64,000 bases of DNA, taken from the NCBI GenBank assembly GCA_002269645.1, contig NIVC01003312.1, forward strand, positions 40,522-104,521, in the 5' to 3' direction. Source of the stretch: Macrostomum lignano (lineage: Eukaryota). Position numbers and translations under genes: made by a program. Under the pieces are notes generated by a model. That model searched no databases. It saw only the letters and a list, made by a program, of their open reading frames with translations, and had not been told where the DNA came from. Of the stretch, positions 59,501-64,000 are shown piece after piece (position 1 is the first letter of the stretch; the number at the start of each line of letters is the position of its first letter).

Positions 59501-62500
59501 ACCATCCTAGCACCCACCTGCAGCCTGTGACCATGCATGTCAGCAGAATTTTTTTGTTCAGAAACCTTGAGCACATATTTGGCTTCTCATCCTCTATTTT
59601 CAGTGCCCTGGAGCAGTGAGTTACGCTCATATTGAACCACCTGAATAACTAGCTTGACTAACCCTAGATTTTCTAATACAAGCTTTTTATATTAACATAA
59701 ACCATTAGCGCATGGTATGATGTTAGCAGATTACTTGCTTGGCTTGCCGAATGCAACTCATTTTAGCATAATCAATCAATCAATCAAACAACCCAGCATG
59801 TCAACCGCATGTGATTACTGTGTACTAATGTATTCCAGCCTGGATCAGTCTGCTAGTGAAATCCACCTGCCAGTGAGCTACTGCCAGCACTGGATAATGG
59901 AGAGGTCTGACTGAAATTCACGCTATGAAATCGAACTGACTATTTCACTTCAGACAGATTAGAGCAGTGGTTAGAGCACTAAATCTCACATTTTTACGAG
60001 CTATAAACAGTAACGCTTGATACGTCATGTAAAATCAGTTCTTTCCCTGACGCTATTTTTGTAGCTTTTTTGCTAACATTGATCCTACATTCTGAGTTAA
60101 GATTTAAGATCGATCTTAATTTGTCTCAAGGGTTTGTGTAATTTGACAAAGTCAAAATTACATTTTTTTCGGGTGCAGTGATTCACTGTTAATGATTTTA
60201 AGTTACAACAGTTCTCACTTCGTCCGTAACACCACGAGAATAAAACAAAAAAGAAGAACGTATCGCCGCAAAGAATTCAATTTTTATAAAAATCATTCCA
60301 TTTAAAACAAACATTCCAGAGCAATCGAAAGCGAGGATGCTCAACTTGTCAAGAGAAAGTACGAGCAGCTCCTGATACTTCTGGATGAGTAAGTAAAATT
60401 TAGCAAACAAAATAACCAATGTGCCTTCAAGCGATGGAGTGTCACAAATCATATTTTAACCCGCACCGAAATACTTTGCTGCAGGTTCCAGAACCGCGCC
60501 TTCCAAGAATGGGTCAGCGGCGTCGACCAGAGCTGCTCCGAGAATCTCAGCCAGCCGTTGATCGTTCGCGACGAGCTCACAAAGCTGATTGCTGTCAACT
60601 TCGATCCCAAGGTAAGTTCAATTGAGAAAATTGGCTGTACTCTTGCATTGAAAAGCTGAACCGCAACAAGCTGCACGCCAACTCTCATTGAAACAGCTCA
60701 TTGCCGTCCTGCGCGAGGTGAAGTATCTGCACCTGCGCTCCGACACTGCTCCAGAAGACGATAAGCCGCAGGAGACAGCTCCGGCTGCGGCCGAGGATCT
60801 GTACTCAAAGAACGACACGCTCAGAGAGCACATCATCAATCTCAACATGACCGTGCAGTGGTACAACTATGTCCGCGAGAACACACTCGAGGTTGAGATG
60901 CCGCTAATTGAAGATCAGCTGGCTGAGATCGACAAAAAGCTCGAACAGGCGGAGACCAGCCTCAACTGGAATGGCGAAAGTAAGTCTTGCTTCGAATGTG
61001 ATTCCGGAATATGATTTGATCAATTTTTGATTTGAACTCACAAGTAGCGTCAAAGCGAAAATATGAATTTCAAATTGCAGTCACAGCGTACATCCAGGAA
61101 GTCAAGGATGCTGTTCATGATCTGCAGAAACGAGTGGTGCAGGCCAAGGATAACGTCGAAAAGATTGTGAAGCTAATGAGCACGTGGCACAAGGTGCCTC
61201 TGTTTGAGAGAAAGGAAGGCAAGCACGAGACCTTGCTCAACCTGGACGATCGGAAAGACCGTCTCGAGAAGCGCAAGAATGAGATCTCCGAGCAGGGACA
61301 GCAGATTCACGCTTTATTGAAGGAAAATCTGGAGTTGTTTAAGGCCACGGACAGCACTGACGAATGGAAAGCGTACGTCGACTACGTAGATGAAAAGGTA
61401 CTAGACGAGTTCATCACACTCATTATGTGCTCGCTGAAGTTCCTGAGCGAGCAGACAGTCGACAGGCAGGGCAACACGCCACTGTTCATGGCCTTCATGG
61501 AGCTGAAGCGGCCCAATGTTGTGTTCGATCCGGCACTTGACAAAGATCAGGCGGATGGCTTCTTCGAGCTGATGGACAGCATTACCACCGACATCTACCG
61601 GCAAGCGTCCTACATTCCGCGTCTGGCTGCGCACAGCGGGCACGAGCACTACCAGCAGGAAATGGAAGACAACGATGAGCTGCAGGCTGTACGCACCGAG
61701 ATCATGGAACGGGTGGAGCGAATCATGCAGAAAGCCATGGAGTACAAGAGCAGCTTCGACACCTATGCTTACTTGTGGGTGGAGGATCGTGAAGAGTTCA
61801 AGAACCAGTTCCTCAAGTATGGCCACGTCCTTACACCTGAGGAGATTGATGCGCACGGAGAGGATGGAGTCCCGGAGAGCAAGCCAACGCTGGAGCAGTT
61901 CAAGGAGCAGATCGACCACTACGAGACCATATACGAAGAAGTTGAAAAGATTGAGCGAACTGTTGTGCTTGAGACTTGGTTCAGGATTGATTCGTCGAAG
62001 TTCAAGCAAGCGCTACTGAACGAGATCAAACGTTGGTCTCTTATGTTTAAGCAGCATCTTATCGACAGCGTTACAAAGGCACTGGATGAACTGGAGCAGT
62101 TCATCAAGGAAACTGATGCTGGTCTGTCAAAGGAGCTGGAGGAGGGCGACTACGATGGACTAGTGGCTGTCATGCACCACCTGATGCGCGTCAAGGAGCG
62201 GCAGTCGGAGACAGATGAGATGTTTGAGCCTCTAAAGCAGAAAATCGAACTGCTGAAGACGTACAACCAGGAAATGGACGAATCTGTGTATCGCCAGCTA
62301 GAAGTGCTGCCAGAAAAGTGGAACAACACTAAGAAGATTGCGATTACAGTGAAGCAGCAAGTCGGCCCACTGCAGACCAACGAGATTCAGAAGATCAAGC
62401 GCACTGCGTCTGAGTTTGACGTTCAGCAGCACAGCTACCGCGAGCAGTTCCGCAAGATTGGGCCATTCCAGTACTCGTGCCCTAATTCGTACGACGAGCT

Positions 62501-64000
62501 GGATGCTAAGAACAAAGAGATTGGAGACATGGAGAACCGCATGGCGAAGCTGAGCGAGTCGCTAGCTTGTTTGAGGTTCCAGTGTCGGACTATAAGCAGT
62601 TGAAGCAGTGCCGAAAGGAGCTCAAGCAGCTCAAGCAGCTATGGGACTACATCTTCCTCGTCCGCTTCTCTATCGAGGACTGGAAGACAACGCCGTGGCG
62701 GGAGATTAACGTCGAGCAGATGGACCTGGACTGCAAGCGTTTCGCCAAGGATGTGCGTGCGCTGGACAAAGAGATGCGGGCTTGGGATGCTTACACTGGA
62801 GTTGAAGAGGAAGTCAAGAACATGATGACTTCCCTGCGAGCGGTCAGCGAGTTGCAAAATCCTGCTATCCGAGACCGCCACTGGCGCAGCTCATGCAGGC
62901 AACTGGCGTCAAGTTCACAATGGATGACAAGACCACTCTGGCGGATCTGCTGTCGCTCAACTTGCACAAGTATGAGGAGGACGTGCGCAACATCGTAGAC
63001 AAGTCTGTCAAGGAAATGTCAATGGAGAAGGTGCTCAAGGAGCTGGAGGTTACCTGGGCACAGATGGAGTTCGAGCATGACAAGCATCCGAGAACTCAGG
63101 TTACACTGCTGAAGGCAAGCGAAGAATTGATTGAGACGTTGGAGGACAATCAAGTGCAGCTCCAGAACATGATAACATCAAAGTACATCGCGCACTTTGC
63201 CACTGAAGTAAACTCCTGGCAGCAGAAGTTGAGCACGGCCGATCAGGTAATCCAGATTTGGTTCGAGGTTCAGCGGACCTGGTCCCATCTTGAGTCGATC
63301 TTCATCGGTTCTGAGGACATCCGGAAGCAGCTGCCAGAAGATTCAGAACGCTTTGACCAGGTGGACAAGGACTTCAAAGAGATTATCTCCGAAGTGGAGG
63401 TAACACAGAACGTTGTAGAGGCGACAAGCAAGCCGCGCTTGTACGAGCGTCTGGAGGCTATCCAGGGCCAGTTGGTCTTGTGCGAGAAGGCTCTAGCAGA
63501 ATATCTCGAAACCAAGCGCCTGGCCTTCCCTCGATTCTACTTCGTGTCTTCGGCTGACTTGCTCGACATCCTGTCGAATGGAAACTCGCCACCGGCGGTG
63601 ATGAAGCACTTGACGAAACTGTTCGACAGCACAGCGCGTCTAGAATTGAAGAAGGAAGGTGGCGCAGAGACCAAGGTGGCGACCGACATGTACGCCAAAG
63701 ACGGTGAGAAAGTCAAGCTGTCAAAGATAATCGATCTGAGCGGCCAGGTAGAGGTGTGGCTGAACCGCGTACTTGATGAGATGCGCGACACTGTTCGGAA
63801 GTCGCTAGCTGACGCTGTCAGCACCTACGAAGAAAAGCCGCGTGACCAATGGATTTTCGACTATCCGGCGCAAGTGGCCTTGGCTGGCAGTCAGATTGGC
63901 TGGTCTGGCGAGGTCAACATTGCCTTCGCCCGCCTTGAGGAGGGTTACGAGAACTCGCTGAAAGACTATAACAAGAAGCAGATCGCACAGCTGAACGCCC
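56600..64000 (+). CDS. DNAH9/17-like: Axonemal dynein heavy chain, outer-arm beta type (DNAH9/11/17 family), 5' part; exons 56600-56959, 57077-57327, 57453-57654, 57786-58097, 58189-58703, 58848-59113, 60320-60388, 60485-60611, 60697-60979, 61081-beyond 64000; three 1-nt frameshifts
   Basis: [21 protein letters not shown]|[79 protein letters not shown]. Junctions are phase-consistent once single C's are restored near 58446, 62560 and 62887. Confidence 0.93.

Noticed and set aside
56600-64000. Programmed ribosomal frameshifting or separate dynein genes
   Set aside because: No slippery heptamers at the sites; single-base restoration gives one continuous conserved protein.

Overview
Eukaryotic (metazoan) genomic DNA, not prokaryotic: GC-rich exons, GT-AG introns, AT-rich intergenic stretches and more than 20 unrelated mini/microsatellite arrays. 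The style suggests a free-living flatworm such as Macrostomum (inference only). Hand-spliced, frame-consistent gene models: 3' end of a Rab6-like GTPase with two alternative 68-nt CXC-ending terminal exons (659-726, 1947-2014); an unidentified gene fragment (5022-8191); a sigma-class GST with a GC-AG intron (14302-18132); a secreted/GPI-type Xaa-Pro aminopeptidase (21043-24894); OCA2/P protein, 9 exons (26380-34050); an orphan class A GPCR (37315-38745); a choline/ethanolamine phosphotransferase on the minus strand (51130-54533); and the 5' part of an outer-arm beta-type axonemal dynein heavy chain carrying three single-C deletions (56600 to window end). Mobile DNA: an intact Ty3/Gypsy element with identical 198-bp LTRs and a 5-bp TSD, nested inside a tRNA-derived SINE with its own 13-bp TSD; an internally deleted RTE-like LINE; a CORE-type SINE; a MITE-like repeat in two copies. 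Most long ORFs in the supplied track are artefacts of tandem repeats. All coordinates were counted by eye; array boundaries are approximate.
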